A DNA stretch of 56,081 nucleotides from contig JALAIB010000005.1 of the NCBI GenBank assembly GCA_023645945.1, positions 1 through 56,081 of the forward strand. Reading direction: 5' to 3'. The notes beneath the pieces were generated by a model that was not told the origin of the DNA, did no database searches, and was given only the letters and a program-made list of their open reading frames with translations. The stretch is from Diploschistes diacapsis (taxonomy: Eukaryota). Every line of letters starts with the position of its first letter. The first letter of the stretch is position 1. Shown piece after piece: positions 14,145-27,246 of this stretch. The position numbers were made by a program, and so were the translations under genes.

Positions 14145-17100
14145 TGTATCTAGCCATAATAACTTTACCTTTATTAGGATCAATAACATCTGGTTTCTTT
14201 GGTAGAAAAATAGGAATAACAGGATCACAAATAATTACATGTAGTTCAGTGATAATTACAACATTACTAGCTATAATTGCCTTTACAGAAGTAGGGTTAA
14301 ACAATATACCAGTTTCCATAAATCTATTTAAATGAGTAGATTCGGAATCACTGAATGTATTATGAGGTTTCAACTTTGATTCTTTAACAGTTTCAATGTT
14401 AATTCCGGTGTTAATAGTATCATCCTTAGTGCATGTATATTCTATAGGTTATATGAGTCACGATCCTCGAGGTCGCGTTAGGGGAAAACGCGTCTATGGG
14501 GATAAATTGTCAAACTCCGGGGATATCCTAAAGCTTAAGGTACCAAGCTGTAGTCGAAAGGCTATTAGTGGCTGAAGTAATTACTCAGGTATGGTAACAA
14601 GCCTTAAGATGAGTGAAAACGAAATGGACAATCGCGGATCTAAATTCCTATGCATACATAGGATAAAAGAGCAAAGAGTAGACGGCAGTTGATCTATTAA
14701 ACCACATTTAATGGATTTAAGGTGTACTCTAGGGGGTTTCGAAAGGAACGGAGGTATAAAACTCGGTTTCAACATACAACAGTGTTGAAATTCCCACGTC
14801 AAAAACCCATCTAAGCAATTCGAAAAAAAAAATTTTTCAACCTATAATTCTACTATTGTAAATCCTGGAGTCTGATCTGGTCTAATAGATGGTGAGGGTT
14901 CATTTAGTGTGATAGTAGATAGAAATAAAAAGCGTAAATTAGGTTGACGTGTTCATATTAAATTTCAAATAGGTTTACACACTAAAGACCTTAACTTATT
15001 ATATCTATTACAACAATACTTGTCTGGTATCGGTTCTATACATTTAGCTCTAAACCGAGAGATAGTTAATTATTCAATAGATTCTATTGAAGATTTAAAT
15101 AAACTTATTCTTCATTTAGAAAAATATCCGTTGTTAAGTCAAAAAGCCGCGGATTTTTTTTTATTTAAACAAGTGGTAAACCTTGTAAACAATAAAGCTC
15201 ATCTAACTGTTGAAGGTTTAAAGCAAATATTAAATATAAAAGCATCTATGAATTTAGGTTTATCTGACATGTTAAAATCAGAATTTGCTGGATATACTCC
15301 AGTTGAAAGACCTATAATAAATTCTGATAATGTAAATTTAAACCCTCATTGAATTTCAGGATTTGTTAGCGCTGAGGGGAATTTTGATGTTCGTATACCA
15401 TCGAGCAATAGTAAATTAGGTTATCGAGTACAATTGAGATTTAGAATAACTCAACATAGTAGAGATAATAAATTAATGGAGAAAATAGTTGAATATTTTG
15501 GGTCAGGAAAGATATACAAATATGGTGGTAAGTCTGCTGTTAGTTTAACAATAGTTGACTTTACTGATATTACCAATATAATAATACCATTTTTTAATGA
15601 AAATGCTATAATTGGTATAAAACTCTATGATTATCTTGATTGATGTAAAATTCATAGTTTAATGATTAATCGTTCTCATTTTACGGTTGAGGGTATAAAT
15701 TCTATTAGAAAGATAAAATCTGGTATGAATATGGGTAGAAGTTTTGAAGATAAATAACCATTGTTAGTATCAAACACCCAATAAATCAATTGCAGGATAA
15801 ATTTGACTTAAATGCATAATCAAAGATTCTTTAGTTATTTAAGCTTATTTACTTTTATGATGATAATTTTGGTAACTGCAAACAATTATTTATTAATGTT
15901 TGTAGGTTGAGAAGGTGTGGGTATTTGTTCATACTTATTAGTCAGCTTCTGATTTACTAGAATAGCAGCTAATCAAAGTTCAATATCTGCAATGTTAACT
16001 AATAGAGTGGGTGATTGCTTACTAACTATAGGTATGTTTACTATACTGTGATCTTGTGGTAACATAGATTATAGTACAGTATTTTCACTAGCACCTTATA
16101 TAAATGAAAATATTATAACAATGATAGGAATATGTTTATTAATAGGTGCTATGGCTAAAAGTTCTCAAATAGGTCTTCACGTTTGATTACCTATGGCTAT
16201 GGAGGGTCCAACTCCTGTATCTGCATTAATACACGCTGCTACTATGGTAACCGCCGGTGTATATTTATTAATGCGTTCCTCACCTTTAATAGAATACAGT
16301 TCAACTGTATTATTGTTATGTTTATGAATAGGTGCTATTACTACTGTGTTTAGCTCTTTAATAGGGTTATTCCAACAAGACATAAAAAAAGTTATAGCTT
16401 ATTCCACTATGAGCCAACTTGGAATGATGGTTATAGCTGTAGGTTTATCATCTTATAACATAGCATTATTCCATTTAGTTAATCATGCTTTTTATAAAGC
16501 ACTATTGTTCTTAGGTGCAGGTGCAGTTATTCACGCTGTAGCTGATAACCAAGATTTCAGGAAATATGGGGCACTAAAACAATTTTTACCTTTAACATAT
16601 TCAGTTATGCTAATAGCTTCTCTTAGTTTAGTAGCATTCCCATTCATGACAGGATTTTATAGTAAAGATTTTATATTAGAATCTTCTTATGGTCAATTCT
16701 ACTTTTCGGGTATAGCAGTGTACTTTGTGGCAGTAATTGCTGCTATGTTTACCACTTTATATTCCATAAAGGTTTTATACTTGACCTTTATAGCTAATCC
16801 TAATGGGCCTATTACTAATTATAAATTTGCCCATGAAGGTAACATATATATGAGTTTACCTTTAATAATATTAGCTATTTTTTCCGTCTTTTTTGGTTAT
16901 ATTACTAAAGACATGTTTATAGGGCTAGGTTCTAGCTTTTTCTCTGATAATAGTTTATTTATTCACCCTTTGAACGAAATATTGCTTAACACAGAATTTG
17001 CAGTGCCAATATTTTATAAACTATTGCCTTTATTATTAACTGTATCTTTAAGTATTTTATCTTTAGTTATAAGTGAATATTTTTCTAGCTGAGTTATTAA

Positions 17101-18373
17101 ATTTAAATTTAGTTATATTGGTTATAATATATTTAGTTTTTTTAATCAACGTTTTTTAATTGAACTTTTATATAACAGGTATATTACAGATTTAATATTT
17201 AAATTAGGAGGACAAACTACCAAGGTGTTAGACAAAGGTTCTATAGAATTAATAGGGCCTTATGGTTTAGAAAAGGGATTAATAAATATGAGTAAAAATC
17301 TAAGTAAACTAGATACAGGTGTAGTTACATCTTATGCTTTATATATCTTAATAGGTTTAATATCTTATATTATAATACCTTCAATCTCAACTTATGATAA
17401 TTCATTGTTGTTATTAATAATAATATCAGTATTTATCAATATAAATAAATCTATTACTAGTAGCAATAATCATAATACTTTAAATAGTTCGTTATTGTTA
17501 AGCTCTTTTGGAACTGGTTTAACTAAAATTCTAACTAGAATTTTTTCTAAAATAACAATTGCATCCCTTCTAGCGGGTTGTATTTCGGTTTTTATAATTA
17601 CAATGATTAAATTCAAACTAGACATACCAAACATACCCACAGACTTTTACAACGTATTACTCACTAGTTATAGCTTTTTTGCGTGTAGATTATTCCTTTG
17701 AGGCTTGATAGAATACTTATTAGAAAACTTTAATATCAAAAATTTAAATGTAAAAGATTTTCTAGATTGTTTACATTATTTTTTTAATGTACTGCGTGGA
17801 GTACTGAGTGGACAAAATAAAGCTACTATGGGACATATGGACAATGAAGAGCTACCTCTGAGCAATAAAAACAAAGAGCTACCTTTGAGCAAGAAAGGTA
17901 TGACATTAAATATGGACAACATTTTTAATCATCCAACCGGATGACGTCCCCCTAAAACTGGTGTATGTCCAACTGTGGGCCATGATCCTATTCAATATCC
18001 TGTAAATAAGGATGAATCAAATAACCCAAGAGCGGATATGTTAACTAATTCGGTAGTACCAAGCGAAATGGAAAAAAACAGGATTATAGGGGTGTTAAAA
18101 CAGTTTGAGGGAAGGGATGCTAAACCTGCACTACTATCAATATTTACAGTATGAGAACTTAATTGATTGGGCAGAATGTTATATGCAGCTGCCGGTAATC
18201 ATAATCCATCCTACCACACATTAAAGAATGATGTTTTAGCTTTAAATGGTAATTTTGGTTTACCAGATACTGGTTTAATTACATCAGAAATCCAACATAG
18301 GTACGTAGTAGATGGTGTAATTTCCAAAAGGATGCTTAGATTTTTAGAGGAGAATAAACATTTGAAGGTGTAA
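14144..18373 (+). CDS. nad5: NADH dehydrogenase subunit 5; exons 14144-14467 and 15815-18373; about 960 aa including a ~300-aa C-terminal extension
   Basis: [52 protein letters not shown]; no TAA or TAG after the usual end (~17450) until 18371. Confidence 0.95.
14468..15814 (+). mobile_element. nad5 group I intron (position 324) with in-frame LAGLIDADG ORF 14468-15757
   Basis: U|...G| boundaries; [10 protein letters not shown] and [11 protein letters not shown] motifs in an uninterrupted frame. Confidence 0.9.
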
Positions 18374-18391
18374 AAAACTTATGTTAAATAA

Positions 18392-18537
18392 ATGGTACAA
18401 GCAGCAAAAATATGGGTATAGGTTTAGTTACTAAAGGTCTTACAAGGGCTGATGTACTGTTTGGAGTTTTAGGGTTTGCATTCGCTCTGGGTTTATTTGC
18501 ATTAATGATGGCTTTCTTGCTATTATACGTGGCATAA
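18392..18537 (+). pseudogene. atp9: Internally deleted atp9 copy
   Basis: ATGGTACAAGCAGCAAAAATA start and identical 3' end GGTTTATTTGCATTAATGATGGCTTTCTTGCTATTATACGTGGCATAA; middle lost. Confidence 0.88.
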
Positions 18538-18637
18538 TATTTACTAAACCTTTTGTAGGTTTATATATAGCTATAAATAAAAGCATTAACTAGATAAATT
18601 AATAAAATTACTATAATAACTATAGAATTGGGCTGGT

Positions 18638-18714
18638 ACAGCTGCTACTTGAATTTGGTTCTTTATGATCACAAGGTACATTAGAACGGTCAAGCGGTTA
18701 TCATGCATGGTAAC
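18638..18714 (-). repeat. 77-bp inverted repeat, copy B
   Basis: Exact reverse complement of 13491-13567. Confidence 0.9.
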
Positions 18715-18987
18715 TTATCCTGTTTAGTATACAGCGCATAGATCCCAATTATCCTTTGGTTTTCTCCTTGGAGGATTCAAAGGAATAATTTATTCTTTTT
18801 TAATTACTTTCCTTTTGGATAGAAAATTCTGTCCAACTACGGATTAAAGAGCTAACGTGTTATCGTATATATATGTGTATATAGTGGTATACCAATGTAA
18901 AATACGGTACATACAGTCCCGTTACTGTAAGGGTCAGGGCAGATACTAATTTCTTATATTAATCTTTAGTAGATGAAAGTAATACAT

Positions 18988-19171
18988 TAAAGCTGCATAA
19001 ATGATAGGGTTTAGCCTTCGGAAAAGCCACTCTAAACAGAGGTGGGTAACTAATCATGTACTAAGTATAGTAGACTGCATTAATCCCGAACTAAGTCCTG
19101 GAAAAAGATGGTTTGTAGTGAGAAGAATGATATCTTAAAGCGTTACATAGAAGCCATCTTTGTTTGCTGAT
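18988..19171 (+). repeat. ~185-bp direct repeat, copy 2
   Basis: Near-identical to 4812-4997. Confidence 0.9.
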
Positions 19172-19421
19172 TATAAAATTTTTATAATAGTTGAATGATT
19201 TAATATGTATTTATAATAAAATACTATTAAATCAATATAAGTATTTATTATTTAGATATAACTAGAGCTTAGTAGCATTACCTTACCACTTCACATTTAA
19301 GTGTAGGTTTTACCAAGCCTATATGTTTTTATAACAAAATAACTTATAAATATAACACATATGTATATAATTAAGTATTGAAAAAAATGTTAGACTTAAT
19401 ATTATTATAATTAAAATAAAA

Positions 19422-21602
19422 ATGACAATTATGTTATCATTAATATCAATTATTGAAGTTTTATTAATAACAATCCCTGTTTTATTAATAGTAGCCTTTG
19501 TAACTGTAGCAGAAAGAAAAACCATGGCAAGCATGCAACGTAGACTAGGTCCTAATGCTGTGGGTTACTATGGTCTTTTACAAGCATTTGCTGATGCCTT
19601 AAAACTATTACTAAAAGAATATGTATCTCCTACCCAATCAAATATTATATTATTTTTTATAGGGCCCGTTTTAACTTTAATCTTTTCACTGTTAGGTTAT
19701 GCTGTTATACCTTATGGACCTGGTTTAGCAATTTATGATATGGATTTAGGAATATTGTATATGCTAGCAGTATCGTCACTATCTACATATGGTATATTAT
19801 TAGCTGGATGGTCTGCTAATTCTAAATATGCTTTTTTAGGGTCAAAGTGGCCCACTAGAAATGTAAGTTTCTATATGCAACGAACTATATGCGAGAAATT
19901 AACAAGAACATTATTCTTAAACTTATTAGGTACTTTATATGTAACTCTAAATTTTAGCATAAAAATGTTAGGCTTTAAAGTAAAAATCCTTTTAAGTGTT
20001 AACAACCCGCAGGTAACCAAAGTGTTTAACTCATTAGTAGGAACCTCAGAGGCCATACGTTCGTTATCTATGTTATACATAAATTCGTTTACATATATTT
20101 TTAATTTACTTATAAATAAAAAAAAATTAAATAAAGTGTGTATTAGATCTTATATAAAAATAAATAATCCTGAAAATCCAGGTAATAGTGATATTAAATG
20201 ATGCCAATGACTGGCAGGATTGATTGATGGAGATGGAAGTTTTTATCTAACCAAAAAAGGATACGTTAGTTTAGAAATCACCATGGATATTAGAGATGAG
20301 CATGCTCTACAACAAGTAAAAAATGTTTACGGGGGCTCTATAAAATTAGTTTCAGGTAAAAAAGCTCTTAGATATTCTTTGCGGCATAAGTCAGGTATAC
20401 TTTCTATAATTAGAGATGTTAATGGAGAAATAAGAAATTCATATAGATTAACACAATTAAACAAGATTTGCTTAAAATATGATATAGTTTTAGTTTATCC
20501 TAAAAAGATGCAACATAATAATGGTTGATTATCTGGATTTTTTGATGCAGATGGTACTATAACGTTAAATAAAAATAACGGACAGTTAGCTATTGCGCTA
20601 ACTCAAAAAACTGGTGAATTGTTACAACCTTTTACTGATTTATATGGAGGATCTATTTATATAGACAGAACTACGAATAGCTACAAATGGTTTATTACAA
20701 ATAAAGATGGTATATTGAAACTTGTAGATTATTTTAAACAATTTCCACCAAGATCCCTAAAGAAAAATAGAATCCTACTTATTAAAAAATGTTATGAGTT
20801 AAAAGATATGAAAGCACATAAGTCACCTAATAATTTTTTAACTAAAACTTGAAATATTTTTATAGATAACTGAGATAAAAACGAAAATCTAACATAGATA
20901 AAGATATGGTCCAATAAATACATATGTATTTATTTCGCACTTAGAAGTACAGCTCAACTAATAAGTTATGAACTTATATTAACATCGGCCATATTATTAG
21001 TTGTACTATTAACAGGTAGTCTAAATTTAACAGTAAATATAGAATCACAAAGAGCAATATGATTTATTATACCTCTACTGCCAATATTTATAATATTTTT
21101 AATAGGTTCTATAGCAGAAACTAATAGAGCTCCTTTTGATTTAGCAGAAGCTGAATCAGAGCTTGTTAGCGGGTTTATGACAGAGCATGCTGCTGTTATA
21201 TTTGTATTTTTCTTTTTAGCAGAATATGCAAGTATAATACTTATATGTATTTTAACAAGTATACTGTTTTTAGGGGGATATTTATTTAAGAACATTGACT
21301 TAACTTTTCTAATACAATTTATAGATATTGATTATTATTTATATGTAATAACTTATGATATACCTATAATTTCAGATAATCCTTTTATTGAAGGTTTACT
21401 ATATAGTTTAACTCTAGGAGTAAAAAGTTGTATTATGGTTTTTATATTTATATGAGCTAGAGCCTCTTTTCCTAGAATAAGATATGATCAATTAATGTCT
21501 TATTGTTGAACAATACTATTACCTATAGTTATAGCTTATATAATTTTTATACCTTGTGTTTTATATAGTTTTGATATTATACCAGTTAACATAAACTTAT
21601 AA
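19422..21602 (+). CDS. nad1: NADH dehydrogenase subunit 1; exons 19422-19842 and 20938-21602
   Basis: [22 protein letters not shown](S)[31 protein letters not shown]. Confidence 0.96.
19843..20937 (+). mobile_element. nad1 group I intron with in-frame LAGLIDADG ORF (to 20897)
   Basis: [10 protein letters not shown] and [10 protein letters not shown]; core AACCCGCAG, TCAGAGGCCATAC, AAGATATGGTCC. Confidence 0.9.
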
Positions 21603-21680
21603 TACGATTATATAAATATTCATTATTTAGATATAAGTAATGCTTACAATTAAAAGTAAATACAAATAACTAAAACGTAA

Positions 21681-23144
21681 ATGACACTATTACTTTTATT
21701 ACTGGTGCCTTTAATGGGTATATTTATTATATCTACTATTACATCTTACGATGTAAATATTATAAATATTAAACGTATTAAAAGAATTGGTTTAATAACA
21801 TCCGTTATTAACCTTATAATATCATTGTTTATATTTATTATGTTTGATTTTTGCACAAATCAATTTCAATTTGTGCAAGAACATCACGAAATAAGTTCAT
21901 TTGATTTATATTTAGGTATAGATGGCTTATCTATATACTTTATATTATTAACAACTATAATAATGCCTATTTCATTATTATCAAATTGAACATCTATAAC
22001 AGAAAATATTAAATCCTTTATAATTATAATATTAGTACTTGAAACCTTATTATTAGCAGTATTTTTAGTTCTCGATATATTATTATTTTATATATTTTTC
22101 GAGAGTATATTACCTCCATTATTTATATTAATAGGACTCTATGGTTCAAGTAATAAAGTAAGAGCAAGTTTTTATTTGTTTTTATATACATTGCTTGGTT
22201 CATTATTTTTATTATTATCTATATTGACAATGTCATCTATAATGGGGACTACTGATTTCGACGCTTTATATAAAACTAATTTTGATTATATTACACAATT
22301 ATTTTTATTTTATGGTATATTTATAGCTTTTGCAGTAAAAACACCTACTATTTTCCTAAATACTTGATTGTTGAAAGCTCATGTAGAGTCTCCTCTATCT
22401 GGAAGTATAATTCTGGCTGGTATAGTTCTAAAATTAAGTTTATACGGTGTATTAAGACTTATCTTGCCTCTATTACCTAAAGCTACTATAAATTACACAT
22501 ATCTTGTTTTTGTTATAGGAGTTATTACAATAATATATGCAAGTCTAAGTACATTAAGAACTATAGACATAAAAGAATTAATTGCTTATTCTTCTGTTTC
22601 ACATGCAGCAGTATACTTGGTTGGTGTATTTAGTAACACTATGCAAGGTATAGAAGGTGGTATAATGCTAGGATTAGCCCACGGGTTCGTATCATCCGGT
22701 TTATTTATATGCGCAGGAGGTGTACTATATGATAGATCTTCGACAAGATTAATAACTTATTACAGAGGTATAGCTCAATTAATGCCTATCTTTTCTATTT
22801 TATTTTTTATCTTGTGTTTAGGTAATTGTGGTGTTCCATTAACTTTAAATTTTATAGGGGAGTTTATGTCTTTATATGGTATATTCGAAAGATTACCTTT
22901 ATTAGGTATATTTGCTAGTTTATCTATAATATTATCCGCAGCTTATACCATATACATGTTTAATAGAATAGCATTTGGGGGTTCATACTCTAAATATTAT
23001 CTTAGTAATATACCCGATCTAAATAAACGTGAGCTATATACATTATTAACACTTGTTATATTCACTGTTATATTAGGTGTATATCCTAGTCCCATACTAA
23101 ACGGTTTACATTATTCTGTTTCTTGTCTAATATATAATAGTTAG
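21681..23144 (+). CDS. nad4: NADH dehydrogenase subunit 4
   Basis: GIDGLSIYF, WLLKAHVESPLSGS, DIKELIAYSSVSH, LAHGFVSSGLF. Confidence 0.97.
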
Positions 23145-23232
23145 CCGTAGTATTAAAATAAATATATAATACATGTATCAAAAGCTGATATAAAATAATT
23201 ATTAATAATTACCTTATAAATTAAAAAATGTT

Positions 23233-23412
23233 TGGATACAAATATAGTTAAAAGAGGAAAGTCCGAAGCCAGTAAAATTAATATAAATTTATAAAAGTTT
23301 AAACTTTAGTACATTACAGAAAATAAGTAAACAAATAAAATGAAATAACAATCTTTAATTTGGCATTTATTTAGCTTAATAAAATTAACAGGAACCGGCT
23401 TAATTGTATTCA
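23233..23412 (+). ncRNA. rnpB: Mitochondrial RNase P RNA
   Basis: P4 signature GAGGAAAGTCC (23254-23264) and ACAGGAACCGGCTTA (23388-23402); internal ACAGAAA; terminal complementarity GATACAA/TTGTATT. Confidence 0.8.
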
Positions 23413-23599
23413 TTCTATATACGTTATATTTCGTACATAATCAGTCTTATTATTATTAAAAACAAGAGGTTAATAACCTATAATAATGGGATACAAAATA
23501 TATATATTTATATCTCATTTATATACATGTTAACATACTTTAGTTATATCGGTAACTAAAAATTAAATTTATAGAAATAATTCTATAACAAATATATTA

Positions 23600-25110
23600 T
23601 AAAAGAAATTTATATTGAGTTTGATGATGGCTCTGAATGAACGCTATCCAAATGCTTGACACATGCTAATCGAACGTCAACCATGTTTTACTAAGGTTGA
23701 AGTGGTGTACAGGTGAGTATGGTATGGACCTTACCTTAAAGTAAGGGAGTTAAATCCCTTATAAACAAAAAAGAAAGACAATTTTCGCTTTAAGAAGTTT
23801 ATATTTCGAGTAGCTTTTTGCTAAATGATAAATATTTAGTTAGCTTAATACTCGTAGCCAAGACTGGGAGGTTTATTGGTCACAGTGTGGCATGAATAAA
23901 GCCCACGGTTAACTACAGCAGTGAGGAATATTGGTCAATAGCCTAACGGCTGAACCGGCAACTTGGAGGAATGTATAGGGAAAACTGGTAAAATGTGATG
24001 TACCTAGTAATATTAGTGATTAATATGAGGCTAACCGAGTTAGTTAAAATTCTAAGTATATATGTGATTATGACAATATGTGCTTATTTCTTGACCAAGT
24101 CACGTGCCAGCCGTCGCGGTAATACGTGGAAGATCAGTGTTATTCATCTTTATCAGGTTTAAAGGGTACCTAGACGGTTAATTAAGCTTTAGTAGGAACT
24201 AATTAACTAGAGTTTAATGTAAGAATGATTGAGTACGGTGAGTGTAGAGATAAAATTCTGTCATACCACTTAGGAACTGGTAAAAGCGAAGGCAACTTTC
24301 TATGTAAAAACTGACGTTAAGGGACGAAGGCTCGTATCAAATAACAGGATTAGATACCCCAGCATTGTGGGCAGACAATGATGAGTGTCATATGCAAGAG
24401 ATAAATATATAAAAAAATATTTTGTGTATAAATGAAAGTGTAAGCACTCCACCTCAAGAGTAACGTGGCAACATGGGAACTGAAATCATTAGACCGTTTC
24501 TGAAACTCGTAGTGAAGTATGTTGTTTAATTAGATGGTGCACAAATAACCTTACCACAATTTGTATAACTATAGTACATAATAATAATATAGTTACAAGC
24601 GTTGCACGGCTGTCTTTAGTCTATGTTGTGAAACTGTGGTTAGATCCATTAAATAGACGTAAACCCTTACTTTATTTATTATAAAGTAGTTCGCCGCTAT
24701 ATTGGTAGTGATATAAGGGACTAGGACAAGTCATCATGACCTGAACATTGTGGGCTATAGACGTGCCACATTACCCTTAACAAAAAGATGCAAAATTGCG
24801 AGATTTAGCTAATCTTTAAAAAGGAAAAAATATTGATTGTAGTCTGAAATTCGGCTGCATGAAAAAGGAATTACGAGTAATCGTGTATCATTATGGCACG
24901 GTGGATCTTTTATCAGCTAGGTACTAACCACTCGTCAGGCACTGAAAGGAGGATGTGCAATAAGTTTGGTTTCTACGTTATTACAATTTAAATATATGTT
25001 TTTAAATATTAAAATAAGGGGTCTTCGTATGCGTGGCTCTGATTAGTGTTAAGTCGAAATACGGTTCGTGTAGTGGAAATTGCACGGGATTGATTAAATT
25101 TAACTATACA
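23600..25110 (+). rRNA. rns: Small subunit rRNA (ends approximate)
   Basis: GAGTTTGATGATGGCTC, GTGCCAGCCGTCGCGGTAATAC, GGATTAGATACCC, AAGTCGAAATACGGT. Confidence 0.95.
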
Positions 25111-25201
25111 TCTAAAGTGGAGAAATATTGGTTCTATATAATAGTCGGGCTTTATTTCTCCTAGAGATATAGAAGCTTTATTCAGAGTTGATGTATCTCT
25201 A

Positions 25202-25286
25202 AGGAAGGTTCCGTTTGTTGGTATGACGGGTTGAGCTGTAAACTCAATAGTGTAAACTGTCGAAGGTTCGATTCCTTTTCTTCCTA
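25202..25286 (+). tRNA. trnY: tRNA-Tyr(GUA)
   Basis: TTGAG-CTGTAAA-CTCAA anticodon arm, long variable arm, GGTTCGATTCC. Confidence 0.9.
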
Positions 25287-25288
25287 TA

Positions 25289-25359
25289 GCCCCTGTAGCT
25301 CAAAGGTAGAGCGGGATACTGTTAATATCTAGATAAGTGTTCAATTCACTTTAGGGGCT
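25289..25359 (+). tRNA. trnN: tRNA-Asn(GUU)
   Basis: GCCCCTG/TAGGGGC acceptor, CTGTTAA loop. Confidence 0.92.
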
Positions 25360-25360
25360 T

Positions 25361-25432
25361 TACGTAATAGTATTAATGGTAAATCATTGTGCTTCGGGCA
25401 CAATGTTGTGAGTTCAAACCCCACTAGCGTTT
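25361..25432 (+). pseudogene. trnR: Degenerate trnR(UCG) copy
   Basis: Paralog of 5429-5500 with mismatched acceptor and T stems. Confidence 0.6.
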
Positions 25433-25544
25433 TACTTATAAAAACCTAGCTGTGGATATATATTGGTAAGATTGTTTTTAGCTAAAGCTTAACAGTTAAT
25501 ATATATTATGCTGTGGTTTTGTTGAAAATATTTATATAAATTAA

Positions 25545-26354
25545 ATGACAAATATTACTAGAAGTAACTTTCAAGCACATCCTTTCCATCTTGTATCTCC
25601 TTCACCTTGACCTATAAATACTAGTACTTCGCTATTAACTTTAACTACATCCACAGTGTTAACAATGCATGGTTTTATATTAGCCGTATATTTTTTAATA
25701 ACAGCCTTTATAAGTTTAATATTTTCTATGTCATTATGATTTAGAGATGTTATATCTGAGGGTACATATTTAGGTAATCATACATTGGCTGTTCAAAGAG
25801 GTCTTAATATGGGAATAGGTTTATTTATAGTTTCGGAAGCTTTATTTTTTTTAGGTATTTTCTGAGCTTATTTTCATAGTGGATTATCTCCTACAGTAGA
25901 GATGGGAGCTCATTGACCTCCTATGGGTATAGAAGCTATTAATCCTTTCGAATTACCATTATTAAATACAATAATTTTATTATCTTCAGGAGTTTTTGTA
26001 ACATATGCTCATCATTCTTTAATACAAGGTAATAGAAAAGGAGCTTTATTCGGTACTATGTTTACAGTTATATTAGCTTTTATATTTACAGTATTACAGG
26101 GTGTAGAATATACAGTGTCATCTTTTACTATCAGTGATGGGACATTTGGATCTTGTTTTTATTTTGGTACTGGATTTCATGGGCTACATGTCATAATTGG
26201 AACAGCTTTTATATTTGTGGGTTTGTGACGTTTGACAGCCTACCATCTGACTGATAACCATCATTTAGGTTTTGAGTCCTCAATTTTGTATTGACACTTT
26301 GTGGATGTGGTATGGTTGTTTTTATACATTTCAGTTTATTACTGGGGTTCGTAA
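25545..26354 (+). CDS. cox3: Cytochrome c oxidase subunit 3
   Basis: [46 protein letters not shown]. Confidence 0.98.
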
Positions 26355-26961
26355 TATATATGTTTGTTAATTATCTTAAACCAAAATATACTATGTATTA
26401 TAACAATATAAAGTACTGATACTATAGTATCCTTTACTTTATTATAAAAAACTTGCCTTTAATCATATATATTATTATATTCTGTAGCACTTATACAAAT
26501 ATATTATTCAATAATTATTAATATGCTTAATGATATTATAATATTAATGAATCCAAATCCAAACCCAATGGCAGTAGAAAATGCGTTAAATCCAGCTAAT
26601 CCAAACCCTATGGAAATAGAAAATGCGTTAAATCCAGCTTAAACGGGTTCACAGGGTAGTTATTCCGGTGGTGGAAATAACCAACCAAATGATAACCATG
26701 GTAACGATGGTTGAAAAACTGCGCATGGACCAGAGAACCAGGTTCAAGGTGCAAGTTATAGATAACTTAATGAAATACTAATAAAGATGGCTGAAAAGGA
26801 ATATAATATTACCGTGTGTATAGCACACTATTTCAGGTAGTATTTTTTCACCATTATGAAGGAGAAACTATTTTTCTTCTTCCTTCTTGATCCATTTAAA
26901 CATGGAGAGAACGCGTTTGTATCCAGCTTTTCTGGTATTACTTTATAATTTTAATATTAAT

Positions 26962-27234
26962 ATGCACAAAAAATACTTGTTCACACTTAAAAACTCCAAA
27001 CTATTCAATTCCATTTTCAATAGATTTACTATTATTAAAATAATTTCTATATTCTCTGTTGGATTTTTCTCTAGATATTTTTTTAATACATATTTTAATA
27101 TTAATGTATTCACTCAATATTTAGATATTATCTCTATTTTATATTTCACATGATTTGCAGGTTTTGTTGTTACTATAAACACAATTACAAATATTTTAAA
27201 AGAAATATCCACTCCTTTCAACTTTTTTATGTAA
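26962..27234 (+). CDS. Orphan two-helix membrane ORF, probably truncated by the RNA polymerase insertion
   Basis: MHKKY...KIISIFSVGFFSRYFFNTYFNINVF...; ends at a 20-bp tandem duplication (27225-27264). Confidence 0.45.
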
Positions 27235-27246
27235 TTAGATAAGGTT

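Noticed and set aside
10153..23144. Apparent fragmentation of atp6, nad2, nad4, nad5 and others in the ORF track
   Set aside because: Artefact of treating TGA as stop; trnW(UCA) and conserved Trp positions show genetic code 4.
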